Origin: an uncultured Chloroflexia bacterium
GTDB lineage: Bacteria > Chloroflexota > Chloroflexia > Thermomicrobiales > UBA6265
Direction: 5' to 3'
Assembly: GCA_963849635.1 (NCBI GenBank)
Contig: CAWKIA010000024.1
Span: 33,615-97,614 of the forward strand
Length of the DNA: 64,000 bases
Shown here: in pieces, positions 20,705 through 31,729 of the stretch
Position numbering within the stretch: the stretch's first letter is position 1
Layout: every line of letters begins with the position of its first letter
Notes under the pieces: model-generated
What the model was told of the DNA's origin: nothing
What the model saw: only the letters and a program-made list of their open reading frames with translations
Database searches by the model: none
Program-made: the position numbers and the translations under genes

Positions 20705-20858
20705 CGCCCGGGGCTAAAGACCCCGGGCTGAATCTGATAACCCGGCTAAAGCCGGCTGCCACCCGTCTCGAGTGTCGGAAAGATCCGAACAAAGGCCCGC
20801 CGTTGCAGCCCCCTTTAGGGGGTTATCTGGCCCAGCCCGGGGTCTTTAGCCCCGGGCG
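20705..20858. repeat. Composite nested inverted REP-like element between sufD and sufS
   Basis: Perfect 26-bp inverted repeat (20705-30 / 20833-58) enclosing a second inverted pair of TAAA/TTTA-loop hairpins (20736-59 / 20805-27). Confidence 0.75.
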
Positions 20859-20898
20859 TAGCCGCAGCGCCGCGCCACCGTTTCATCACGATCGACCC

Positions 20899-22248
20899 TT
20901 AGTACCCGACCTTGCGGGCGATCGCGTTCTGCAGGAAGTCCTGGATCTCCTCGACCGGAATCCGGTCGATCACCGGGCGGAAGAACCCTTCCACAATCAA
21001 CTTCTGGGCTTCCGTGCGCGGAATACCGCGGGCCTGCAGGTAGAAGATGTGCTCCGGCTCGACCTGGGCAACCGTCGCGCCGTGGGTGCAGCGGACGTCG
21101 TTGGCGGCAATTTCGAGATTTGGGATGGAGTCGGCCCGGGCCGTCCGGCTCAGGACAAGGTTGCGGTTCTGCTGGTAGGCATCGGTCTTCTGAGCGCCTT
21201 CGTACACCTTGATCAGACCGGAGTAGACCGAGCGGGCGTTGTCCTTGAGGGCGCCCTTGAACTCCAGGTCGCTGGTCGCGTTCGGCGACTCATGCAACTG
21301 CCAGGTGTGATGGTCGAAGAACTGATCGCCATCGAGGAAGAAGATGCCGAGCATCTCGGCCAGGGTGTCGCGGCCGCGCAGGTGGGAGCCGATCGAGTTC
21401 TTGCTCCACTTCGAGCCGAGCGAGACGTGCAGGCTCTTCAGCTCAGCCCGGTCCGCCAGGGTGGCCCGCTCGGTCATCATGCTGGAGACGTGGCGACCCC
21501 AGTCCTGCACCTGAACGTAGCGCAGCTTCGCGTCGGTCCGCAGGACCAACTCGACGACTTCGGAGGCAAATCCGGCGCCCTCCAGCGAGGGGGAGCGGAA
21601 GGCATCGACGAAGAACGCCTCGGCACCCTCTTCCAGGACGACGAGGGAGTGGGCGAAGAGGGAGGCTCCGCCTTCCTCGCCAAGGACGAAGGAGCGGAAG
21701 GGCAGCTCGACCGTGACGCCTTTGGGCACGTAGAGGAAGGTGCCGCCCTGCCAGAAGGCCGCGTGCAACGCCTCGAACTTGCCGAAGTTGACCGGCACGG
21801 CCTCCGTCATGAAGTACTTCTTCAGGAGATCGCCATGCTCGCGGAAGGCGGTATCCAGATCGGTGTAGATCACACCCTGGGCCGCGACCTCTGGGTCGAT
21901 CTCGGTGTAGAGGGTAGCGGCGTCCTTCTGCACGACGACGCCGGCGTGACGACCGACCGTAAGAGAGGCATCGCCGACGCCAGTGAGCAGCCCGTCCAGG
22001 GACTCTGAACGCTCTGCTTCGAGGTTGGCGAACGGGGCGAGGCGGTCGAGCTTGATGCCACGCAGATCGGTGCGGCGCCACTCCTCGTCGGAGCGCTTCG
22101 GCATCGGCAGGGACTCGTAAGTCTCCCAGGCGGCCAGGCGGGCATCTCGCACCCAATCGGGCTCGGCCTTGCGCCGGGAGAGGTCCTCCAGGGCTTCACG
22201 AGAGAAGCCGGTCAATGATGTAGTGGGTTCAGTCAAGGTTGCGTCCAT
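20899..22248 (-). CDS. sufD: SufD Fe-S cluster assembly protein
   Basis: EEWRRTDL, KFEALHAAFWQGGTFLYVP, ARADSIPNLEIAANDVRCTHGAT, FYLQARGI. Confidence 0.95.
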   Translation of the reverse strand: MDATLTEPTTSLTGFSREALEDLSRRKAEPDWVRDARLAAWETYESLPMPKRSDEEWRRTDLRGIKLDRLAPFANLEAERSESLDGLLTGVGDASLTVGRHAGVVVQKDAATLYTEIDPEVAAQGVIYTDLDTAFREHGDLLKKYFMTEAVPVNFGKFEALHAAFWQGGTFLYVPKGVTVELPFRSFVLGEEGGASLFAHSLVVLEEGAEAFFVDAFRSPSLEGAGFASEVVELVLRTDAKLRYVQVQDWGRHVSSMMTERATLADRAELKSLHVSLGSKWSKNSIGSHLRGRDTLAEMLGIFFLDGDQFFDHHTWQLHESPNATSDLEFKGALKDNARSVYSGLIKVYEGAQKTDAYQQNRNLVLSRTARADSIPNLEIAANDVRCTHGATVAQVEPEHIFYLQARGIPRTEAQKLIVEGFFRPVIDRIPVEEIQDFLQNAIARKVGY

Positions 22249-22268
22249 CGACTCCTCATATCCAATCA

Positions 22269-22710
22269 TTAGGGCACGTCAGTGGCGAGAATCCATCCGC
22301 CGTCGAGTAGCGGGACCGTTCCGCTGCCGCGACCGCTCACGGTCGCCGTCAGCCTGGTTTCCGGCACAGAAGCGGCATCGACCATTTCGACGTCGATCCC
22401 CGCCAATGAGATCTTCAGGCGCTTGATCCAGGTGTTTGGGGCCGCTCCAACGTCGCGTAAGCTCAGGTAGAGAAACGGCGCGGCCGGTGTGCCCTGGACG
22501 AAGGGTCCGCGATATCGGACCGGCGGTGATCCGCCGGTTCGGGTGGCTTCGACCGTCAGGTCGAACTGGACAGTTCCGGCGCCGAGGTCAATTCCGGCCG
22601 TCAGCGCGCCCTTCTTGTCCTGCAACCCGAACTCGGTCGCGGCGCCACCGATACGGTCCGGCTGGGCGATCGAGGCAGGTGATACGAAGGTGGACCGTTT
22701 GCGTCTCCAT
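22269..22710 (-). CDS. DUF5990-like protein; probable frameshift near 22660
   Basis: FGLQDKKG ... YRGPFVQGTPAAPFLYLS ... WIKRLKISL. Likely start METQTVHLRITCLD at 22710 is in a different frame. Confidence 0.7.
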
Positions 22711-22746
22711 TCGTTCACCCGCCTCATCACCCGTCGCCGGGTCTGA

Positions 22747-24151
22747 CTACCCGACGCTGCCTTCCATCTCGAGCTGGATGAGACGGTTGAGCTCGACCGC
22801 GTATTCCAGCGGGAGCTCCTTGGCGATCGGCTCAATGAAGCCGTTGACGATCATGCTCATCGCCTCGTCGGTGGTCAGGCCGCGGCTCTGGAGGTAGAAG
22901 ATCTGGTCTTCCGCCACCTTGGAGACGGTCGCCTCATGACCGATCGAGACGCGCTCCTCTTCGATCTCCATGTACGGGTAGGTGTCCGTCTTGCTCGTCT
23001 CATCTAGGAGCAGGGCGTCACAGACCACGTTGGAGCGAACGTTCTCGGCGCCCTTGTAGACCTTGACCAGACCACGGTAGGAGGAGCGGCCGTTGCCCTT
23101 CGAGATCGACTTGGAGATGATCTGCGACGAGGTGTTCGGGGCGACGTGGACGACCTTGCCGCCGGCATCCTGGTGCTGGCCGTCAGAGGCGAAGGCGACC
23201 GAGAGGATCTCGCCGCGAGCACCCGGCTCCATCAGCCAGACCGCCGGGTACTTCATGGTCAGCTTGGAGCCGAGGTTGCCGTCGACCCACTCCATGGTGG
23301 CGTTCTTGTAGGCGGCGGCCCGCTTGGTGACCAGGTTGTAGACGTTCTTCGACCAGTTCTGGATGGTCGTGTAGCGGCAGCGCGCCCCCTCCTGGACGAT
23401 GATCTCGACCACGGCGGAGTGGAGGCTGTCGGTGGAATACGTCGGGGCGGTGCAGCCTTCGACATAGTGGACGTAGGAGCCCGGGGCGCAGATGATCAGC
23501 GTCCGCTCGAACTGGCCCATGTTCTCGGCGTTGATGCGGAAGTAGGCCTGGAGCGGCACTTCGACCTTGACGCCTTCCGGCACATAGATGAAGGAGCCGC
23601 CGGACCAGACCGCCGTGTTGAGGGCGGCGAACTTGTTGTCGTTGGCCGGGATGATGGTGCCGAAGTACTGCTTGACTAGATCAGGGTACTCGTGGACCGC
23701 GGCATCCATGTCGAGAAAGACGACGCCCAGGGCGGCGAGATCCTCGCGCAGGGAGTGGTAGATCACCTCGGACTCGTACTGGGCGCCCACACCGGCCAGG
23801 AACTTCCGCTCCGCCTCGGGGATGCCCAGCTTCTCGAAGGTGTCCTTGATGTAGGCCGGGACCTCGTCCCAGGTCTTGCCCTGCTTCTCCGAGGGGCGGA
23901 TGTAATAGAAGATGTTCTCGAAATCGAGATCCTTCAGTTCGTCCGCGCCCCAGTTGGGCATCGGCCGCTTGATGAAGTGCTCGTAGGCCTTGAAGCCGAA
24001 CCTCGAGCATCCACTCGGGCTCGTTCTTGATCTTCGAGATCTGCCTGACCACGGCCTCGCTCAGGCCGCGCTCGCTCTTGAAGACGTAGTCCTCTTTGTC
24101 GTGGAACCCGTACTGGTAATCAGCGAGTTCGATCTGTGGCTTGGCAACCAT
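22747..24151 (-). CDS. sufB: SufB Fe-S cluster assembly protein; frameshift near 23995
   Basis: N-terminus [36 protein letters not shown] joins MPNWGADEL ... GQFERTLII ... YVEGCTAP ... [23 protein letters not shown]. Confidence 0.95.
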
Positions 24152-24172
24152 TGATTGCTCCCTTCGGTCGCA

Positions 24173-24240
24173 AGTGCCGAGTGCTGAGTGCTGATGAACC
24201 GAAGGTGCCTTACTCGGCACTCAGCACTCGGTACTCGGCA

Positions 24241-24242
<2 letters not shown>
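24173..24242. repeat. Inverted heptamer tandem repeats (AGTGCYG)n between sufC and sufB
   Basis: AGTGCCG AGTGCTG AGTGCTG at 24173-93 and four reverse-complement units at 24211-42. Confidence 0.7.
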
Positions 24243-25029
<787 letters not shown>

Positions 25030-25171
25030 GGAATCGCTTGTCTCCCGTGCTGGCAGCGGAGTTCGCATCCGCGCCAAATCAAGTAAACCAATAGACCAGT
25101 GGTCCGAACGCCGAAACTCATCTCAATGAACGCGAACCGAACGAGTCTGTGCCGTGCGCGTCGAGCGGGAC

Positions 25172-25615
25172 CTAAACGCCTCGTGGGTGGCTCCCAGCGG
25201 GGCTCGCACGATCGCCACCACCGCTGTGGCCCGCTCGGCCTCGGCAATTCGGGCAGAGGCCAGCGAAGACGGTGTGGTGGCTGGTGACGTCGAACCCGCT
25301 CTGCTCGGATGCCACGTGCCGGGCGATAAGCGCAACCGGCACATCGACATCCAGGATCAGGCCACAGCCGGTGCAGTGGACGTGGTCGTGCCGGTCGACG
25401 CGGGCATCGAAGCGGCTCGCCTGGTCAGCGAAGGTCAGCTCCTGGATCTGGCCGTGCTGGACGAGCAAATGCAGGGACCGATAGACGGTGCCGTAGGCGA
25501 TGGTTGGGTACTGGCGGCGCACACGCTCGAAGATCTCGCCGGCGGTCAGGTGGCGCTCAGCCGCCTTGACCTCCGACAGGATCACCGCTCGCTGCGTTGT
25601 ATTCCGGTAGGTCAT
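25172..25615 (-). CDS. Fur-family transcriptional regulator (PerR/FurA-like)
   Basis: TTQRAVIL, HLTAGEIF, TVYRSL, HDHVHCTGCG ... GLCPNC. Confidence 0.92.
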   Translation of the reverse strand: MTYRNTTQRAVILSEVKAAERHLTAGEIFERVRRQYPTIAYGTVYRSLHLLVQHGQIQELTFADQASRFDARVDRHDHVHCTGCGLILDVDVPVALIARHVASEQSGFDVTSHHTVFAGLCPNCRGRAGHSGGGDRASPAGSHPRGV

Positions 25616-25657
25616 CACCCGAAGTCCGCCTCGCTGCCAGAGCATCTATCCGCAGTA

Positions 25658-25677
25658 GTTGAGAATGAGTCTCGTTA
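25658..25677. promoter_or_regulatory. Candidate Fur/Per box upstream of the fur-family gene
   Basis: GAGAAT-G-AGTCTC (25661-73), a near 6-1-6 palindrome resembling GATAATGATAATC-type boxes. A related site reads ATTGAGATGAGTTTCG on the minus strand at 25112-27, upstream of sufC. Confidence 0.5.
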
Positions 25678-26068
25678 CCACCCGCAAGTATACCAATAGT
25701 CGCCGGGCATCGCCACACGACGATACCAATATCCGACTATTTTACTCGGATATGAGCACAATGCTACAGCCCGTAAGCGCCCGCGTCCACGCCTCTGCCA
25801 TCGCAAGCGGCTGATGCCTGTGGCGCGCGACCACACCTTCGAGTCGTATGCCGATCAACCGCACATGATGATCTCGCTGGGCCCGGCGGTCGGAGACAGT
25901 TCCTGGAACCGATGGCTCTGGTGGGCCAAGAAGCTTAGGCTACATTCTCCCCAAATACCGTACAGCAAGACGCCCACTTCCGTACAACGACGGATGTCGG
26001 GTACTCCCCATAACGGGCTACCCTCGGTTACATGGACGCGTACTCGCGCGGGATAGTGGGGAAAGACA

Positions 26069-27082
26069 TTGGATCATCGAGAGTTTGATGCACTCGCACG
26101 CTCCTTGGCGGCGCACCGTTCGCGGCGCGGTTTGCTCGGTGCGGCCCTTGTCGCGGCCGAAGGGGCACTTGGTCTCCGCGGAACTGAGGCACAAGTTACC
26201 CAGGTGCAATACGGTAACCAGATGTGCGCCTCTAACCCAGGGGGCTGCAACGCCGGGTGCGTCTGCTGCGTCTATACCAATGCCGTCACCGGTAAGGTGA
26301 CCAACTCCCGCTGCCGCCCACCGGGAACCTGATCTCCGGGAGTCGAGGCCGGCGGTGCCACGACCCCAGCACCAACCACCACGACTGCCGCACCGACCAC
26401 GACCGCGAGGCCAACGACCACTACCATCGCGCCCCCAACCACAACCGCCGCGCCGACGACGACCACGACTGCACGCCCGGGCCCGACCACCTGCACGACG
26501 TTTGCGGACTGTCCATTCCCTCCGGCCGGGAACAATTGCCGGGTGCGGCAGTGTGTCAGCGGCGTCTGTGGCTTTCGTTTCCTGCCCGGGGGGACCCAAT
26601 GCGCTAAACCGACCGGTGATCCAGGCGTGCTCTCGTCGACCTGTGTCGCTGGCGGTCCAGGCGGCTTCAATCAGTGCTTTCCGGAGACGTTCGACGACCG
26701 CCCGGCCTGCCTCCGACCCTGCGAGACGGTGGCGGACTGCCCAAGTCTGGCGGGCCAATGCCAAGAGATGGCCTGCGTTTTCGATCCCCAGATCGGCACC
26801 GGTGGTTGTCAGGTGGTGGCGGATTCTGATGCGAATGGACGCGCATGTACCGACGAATGCCGGACATGTGCTCCGATGGATGAACGGCGCTGCATTCCGG
26901 ATGGAACCTGTCAGAACGGGACCTGTGCCGCGGGACCACGCACCTACACATGTTCGCCCACGCCGAGCATCATCTGCTGCTTCGAGCAGAAGGACGGATG
27001 TGATTTGCCCGCCGGATCCAGTTGCTCCGGGCAGCCAAGTAGGTGTTGCAGCGGCCAGTGTCCCGGCGGCGTCTGTGCGTAG
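26069..27082 (+). CDS. Secreted Cys-rich protein with Tat-like leader and Thr/Pro linker; in-frame TGA at 26330-32
   Basis: MDHREFDALARSLAAHRSRRGLL leader. ORFs 26069..26332 and 26543..27082 share one frame, separated only by the TGA. A PTTT-rich linker and many Cys follow. Confidence 0.7.
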
Positions 27083-27409
27083 GCCTGGGTAAGGAAATCG
27101 CTCCTGAAGGCACGCCGGTCACTGGCTGAATCCGGGCAATTCCGTAGTGCCTTGCGACTCGATTCCGTTGCACCGCGGATGGTCTGCCCGGCCGGGTGCG
27201 CCTATCGTAGCGATGGCTGTACGTTCAGTCGGTTACGGCGCCGGCGGGTCTGATCCTCGGGCAGTGGACGAGAGCGGTACGTTCGCCTGCCGGAAGACCG
27301 ACCACGCCAGTAATCCTCCCGGCGTCAGCGAGCGCGTTCTGTGGTACACCACGTTCGCTAGCGGACGCGGCCGGCGTCCGTGTCGATTGATGGGGACGAG
27401 GGTGAAGCG

Positions 27410-28325
27410 ATGGTGCCCACACAAGGCTTCGTCGCTCGAGTTCTTCATGGTCACGCCGCTGCCTGGGCGACGAGCGATCTGCTTCTTGCCATCCGGGCCG
27501 AGGATATCGACGCCGGGCTGTGGGAGGCGGCGGATATCCAGTGGTGGTGGGCCACAGATAAGGATGAAGCCACTCGCACCACCACGATCTGGACAGGCCT
27601 GGACGACCGTGATGCTGTCTACCTGATTCTGTCGAACGAACCAGGGACTGATGGCCCGGGCCAGATCTATGCCGACTTCGGCTGGCTACCCAGTGTCGAC
27701 GCCGCGATCCGAACGAGCATCTTGCCAGAGATCTTGGCCCGAATAACGACCGTAGAGGCGCTACCGGATGCCCAGATAGCGGTCATACTCGACGAACGAG
27801 ACATCGATCTGGCCCGGCGCTTGGAGAATGCAGGCTTCCAACCCGATCCGGCCAACGACTACATCGAGATGCAGCGCCTGCCCGATGCCCCGGTCAGGCC
27901 CGCGGTATTGCCATCCGGTTTCCGATTCTCGGATGAGGTCGAGCGAGGTGATATCCGGCGACCATCCCCTCGCGCGGCGCAACGGCACCGGCATTGCCGA
28001 ACGGCTGCGGGCGTGCTCGTGCTATCGCCCCGACTTGGACCTTCGGATCCTGGCGGATGACGGCACGGTGGCTGCCTATTGCCTGTGCTGGCTCGATGCG
28101 CGTAATGGCGTTGGCCTGTTCGAGCCGGTTCGCACGGAGGATGCCTTTCAGCGGCGCGGCCTGGGCCGGGCGCTCATCGCGGAGGGCATCACCCGGCTGA
28201 CCGCCCGTGGGGCCGCCACGATCCGGCTCACTCGGGCCGCCGATGGCGACATCGCGGCTCGGTTGTATCGCGGTGCCAGCTTCGTCGACACATATCGCAA
28301 GCTCGGGTACGTCCGCCGGCCATAG
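27410..28325 (+). CDS. GNAT-family acetyltransferase; frameshift near 27955
   Basis: C-terminal GLFEPVRTEDAFQRRGLGRALI ... AARLYRGASF. N-terminal half is in ORF 27380..28060. Confidence 0.8.
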
Positions 28326-28536
28326 GCCGCCCGACCATCGCGGTACGGAATGGCCGATGGCGTGCTGATGGATATGACCGGGGAAGGGGGTCGACATGCC
28401 AATGCGAGAGTCCTATAACCGCACCTGTAGAATCCTGATAGGTGGATGGTGTGGCGCGGGATTGCGATTGACCGCCGCCTCACATGGTTGATCCGGGTCG
28501 TCGTTCGGGCCAACAGTGTTCGGCCGCCGCCCATAG

Positions 28537-29601
28537 ATGGAGTGCTCCACGATGGCCGTCGCCCTTTGGATTTTCCTCGTTGTCATGGTCCCGGTAGTGG
28601 TGATCCAGGGGTGGCTCCTGCTCAATCTACGTGGACAGCAGAGTCGCCTGCATGGCCGGCTCGATGGCGTCGCCTCTCTGGCAGCCCAGGCCCGAACCGC
28701 CGCTCGGCCGCATAGTCCCGCCACCCCACCTCCACCAGCGGCCGCCGCCGCTGAGGTCGTGCAGGCTCCCGATTTCGATCTCCCGACCCTGGCGAATACG
28801 CTGACCTCGTTGGAGGATCTGCTTTCGCGCGGGAAGCCCGTTCTCCTGGGGTTCACCGATCCCCGCTGCGGGCCGTGTTACGAACTGCTCCCGGACTTCG
28901 CCGGTTGGCAGCGGATCTATGCCGATCGTCTCACGGTCGCGCTGATCTCGGGCCAGGCAGTCGAGCAAAACCGGGCGATGACCGCCGAGTACGAATTCGA
29001 ACCGCGCACGATTTTGATTCAGCGTGAGCACGAAGTCGCTGAGGCGTACAACGTCCAGATGGCCCCGGCCGCCCTGGTGATCCGGCCAGATGGGACGATC
29101 GGGCGAGAGATGGTCTACGGCGCTCACCGGGTTCGGGAGCTCGTGGCGGATACCCTTGGGTTGGTGCTCCCTGGTAAGGACGCCCCCGCGCAGGAGATCC
29201 AGACGGTCTCCCTGGGCCAACGAGTCCCAACCATCCGCCGGCCCGACCTGGATGGCGTTCCGATTGATCTGGATTCGCTCGGGGAGACGGCGATGCTTGT
29301 CTTCTGGAGTCCCGGGTGTACCCACTGCCAGGAAGTCTTGCCCGCGATCCGGGCCTGGGAAGCGCAACCAGGCGGTCCGCGTCTGTTGGTGGTTACTGCT
29401 GGACCAGTGGGGCTAAACAAAGAGGTTGGGTTGCGCTCGCCGATGATTCCGGACGACGACAGCACGTTGAAGCGGACATTTGGGGTGACTGGAACCCCCG
29501 CCGCCGTCGTGATCGATGCCCTGGGCATCGTCGCCTCCGACGTTGCCCGGGGAGCGACCGCGGTACGGGCACTGGGAACGGATCGCTTCGCGACAAGCTG
29601 A
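28537..29601 (+). CDS. Membrane-anchored tandem thioredoxin-like (TlpA/MauD-like) redoxin
   Basis: N-terminal TM helix; CGPC and FWSPGCTHC; TPAAVVID cis-Pro loop. Confidence 0.85.
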   Translation: MECSTMAVALWIFLVVMVPVVVIQGWLLLNLRGQQSRLHGRLDGVASLAAQARTAARPHSPATPPPPAAAAAEVVQAPDFDLPTLANTLTSLEDLLSRGKPVLLGFTDPRCGPCYELLPDFAGWQRIYADRLTVALISGQAVEQNRAMTAEYEFEPRTILIQREHEVAEAYNVQMAPAALVIRPDGTIGREMVYGAHRVRELVADTLGLVLPGKDAPAQEIQTVSLGQRVPTIRRPDLDGVPIDLDSLGETAMLVFWSPGCTHCQEVLPAIRAWEAQPGGPRLLVVTAGPVGLNKEVGLRSPMIPDDDSTLKRTFGVTGTPAAVVIDALGIVASDVARGATAVRALGTDRFATS

Positions 29602-30178
29602 GCGCCCTGGCCGGCCGGGGCACGGACATTCGCGCGCACGTGATTCCGTACTCGCCAGTGGCCAATTCCGTAGAACGACGGATATTCCCAGATCGCCGCA
29701 CAGCCTATAGTCGGGGCAGGTCAGGTTTGTTCGCGATTTGCGCCCGTGACTCGTTGCATGTGCCGCGAGACTCGGTGGTTTGTTCACGATTCTCGGGGAT
29801 CGGGTCACGTTCGCGGAGCAGCGAGATGGATAGATTTCGGGTCGATCGAATCTCCAAGGTGATTGCAGGTCGCGCGCGCGTTCATGCTCAAGCGATTGCC
29901 CAGGGCGGAGCAACCCAGGATATGAGAACCGACGCTCCCTGCGTCAGCCGGAGCGATCTTCTCTTCACAACGGGAGGGTACGTCGCGTTAGGAGGCCGTC
30001 AGTACCGTTCAACCGTGCGCCACTATCGATATTGACCCAGTACGTTTGGGCTAGTGTGTATCGATTCGTACGTCGGTACGATATATTGCGTAGGTCTCAT
30101 CGCCAAATAGCCCATGTAGGTGCCCAATTTCGCGCGTGTCATGCGTGCGCGGGATTCAGCTGCCAGGAGGTCCAGTGT

Positions 30179-31677
30179 ATGAACCATCGTTCGTTGCTGC
30201 CCCGCGTCCGCGCCTCGATCCTGGTCGGGCTTCTGATACTGGTCGCCCCCCTGATTGGCCCGCGCCCAGAACGCCACCCCCGTCGGATCTAGCGCGGGCG
30301 TTACCCTGGCCGCGAGCGGGCTGGAGGCCCCGCGAGGATTCACCTGGGGGCTTGATGGCTCGCTCTACGTCGGGCTCTCCGGCTCGGGCGGTGCCGCGGA
30401 GGCCGATGCGCAGCGGATCGGGCATGTCCGGTGGCTCGGGCGGACTGACCGCCAGTGTCGTCTGGATCTCCGATGGCTGCCCCCAGATCTGGGAAGATGA
30501 CCTGCCCTCCTCCCGATCCGCCTCGGGCTCGGTCCGCGGCGTGGCCGCAGTCGCCATCCTGGACACGCGCCTCTACGCGCTCTTCGCCGGCGGTGGCGAG
30601 GCGAACGGCAACCCCAACACCCCGAACGGCGTCTACTCCGTCGATGGCGACGGCAGCGTCGAGCTGGTGGTCGATATCAGCTCCTGGGTCCGCAACAACC
30701 CGGTCGGGACCGTCCCCGGTGACGTCACCCCGGAAGGCGATCCATTTTCGATGGTCGCCGGGGACGACGAGCTCTGGGTGATCGAGGCCAATAGCGGCCA
30801 GTTGCTCCGGGTAACGCCCGATGGCCAGATCACCCGGCTGGTCGACTTCTCCACGCCGAAGCACATGGTCCCGACCGGACTGGCGCTTGGCCCCGGGCGG
30901 CGGGCTGTACGTCGGATTCCTCACCCCGGCCCCCTACACCGATGGGGCATCCAAGGTGGTCAAGGTCGAAGAGGACGGCACCGTCACCGATGTCTGGACG
31001 GGGCTGACCGCGATCACCGGCCTTGCGGTCGACTCGGATGGCGCCCTCTATGCCCTCGAGATGGGCACCGGCAACTCCGCGTCCCCGCCCTTTGCCCAGC
31101 CCAACACCGGCAAGGTCGTTCGCCAGTCCGGACCCGACACGGCGACTGATGTCGCGATCGGTCTCGACCGCCCGGTGGCGATGGCCTTCGGCCCGGACGG
31201 TGGGCTCTACGTCGGCTTCCCGGCCTTCGGCGGCGTGGGGCCGACCGGCGCCATCGTGCGCCTGGACCTCGACCAGGGCCAGACCCTGACCATGGATCCC
31301 GCGCTGCTCCAGACCTCTACCTGCCCCGGCGCCCTTGATACGCCTACGCCGACTCCCGATGCGACCCCAGACGCGACCGCGACGGCCGAATCTGGGGCAG
31401 CGACGCCCGACTCCGGCGGGGCGGCGTCACGGGTAATGCCGTCTCGATCGCGAACTTCGCCTTCGATCCGACCTCCCTGCAGGTCGCGGCCGGCACGACG
31501 GTGACCTGGACCAACAATGACAGCGCCGCCCACACAGTCACCGCCGACGACAACTCCTTCGACTCCGGCAACCTCAATCCGGGCGATACCTTCACCCACA
31601 CGTTCGATACTGCCGGGTCGGTCGCCTACCACTGCAATTACCACCCGAACATGCAGGCGACCATCGTCGTCCAGTAG
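30179..31677 (+). CDS. Secreted ScyD/ScyE-family beta-propeller fused to a type-1 copper cupredoxin domain; several frameshifts
   Basis: Signal peptide; GLEAPRG, VPTGLA, DGALYALEM propeller repeats. Terminal domain IANFAFDP..VTWTNNDSAAHTVT...YHCNYHPNMQATIVVQ. Shifts near 30255, 30420, 30900 and 31430. Confidence 0.75.
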
Positions 31678-31729
31678 GGGATGTTCAGCCCGGCTTCTGG
31701 ATTGGAGACAGGACTCAACAGCAAGGAGC

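Noticed and set aside
20640-20792. 51-aa N-terminal extension of SufS in the ORF track
   Set aside because: It is translated REP sequence; the good RBS precedes ATG 20639.
20587-22008. 473-aa plus-strand ORF
   Set aside because: Antisense to sufD and runs through the REP element.
23985-24005. sufB frameshift as programmed recoding or a true pseudogene
   Set aside because: No slippery heptamer is evident, and similar indels occur in unrelated genes; assembly error is simpler.
26360-26475. ACC/ACG-rich repetitive tract as a possible CRISPR or VNTR
   Set aside because: It encodes the Thr/Pro linker of the Cys-rich protein; no repeat-spacer periodicity and no cas genes.
27100-27400. Short ORFs between the Cys-rich gene and the GNAT
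   Set aside because: No convincing RBS or family motif on either strand.
29826-30035. ORF starting MDRFRVDRISKVIAG, resembling the Cys-rich family leader
   Set aside because: Only the first ~15 residues resemble it; no twin-Arg or Cys-rich body follows.
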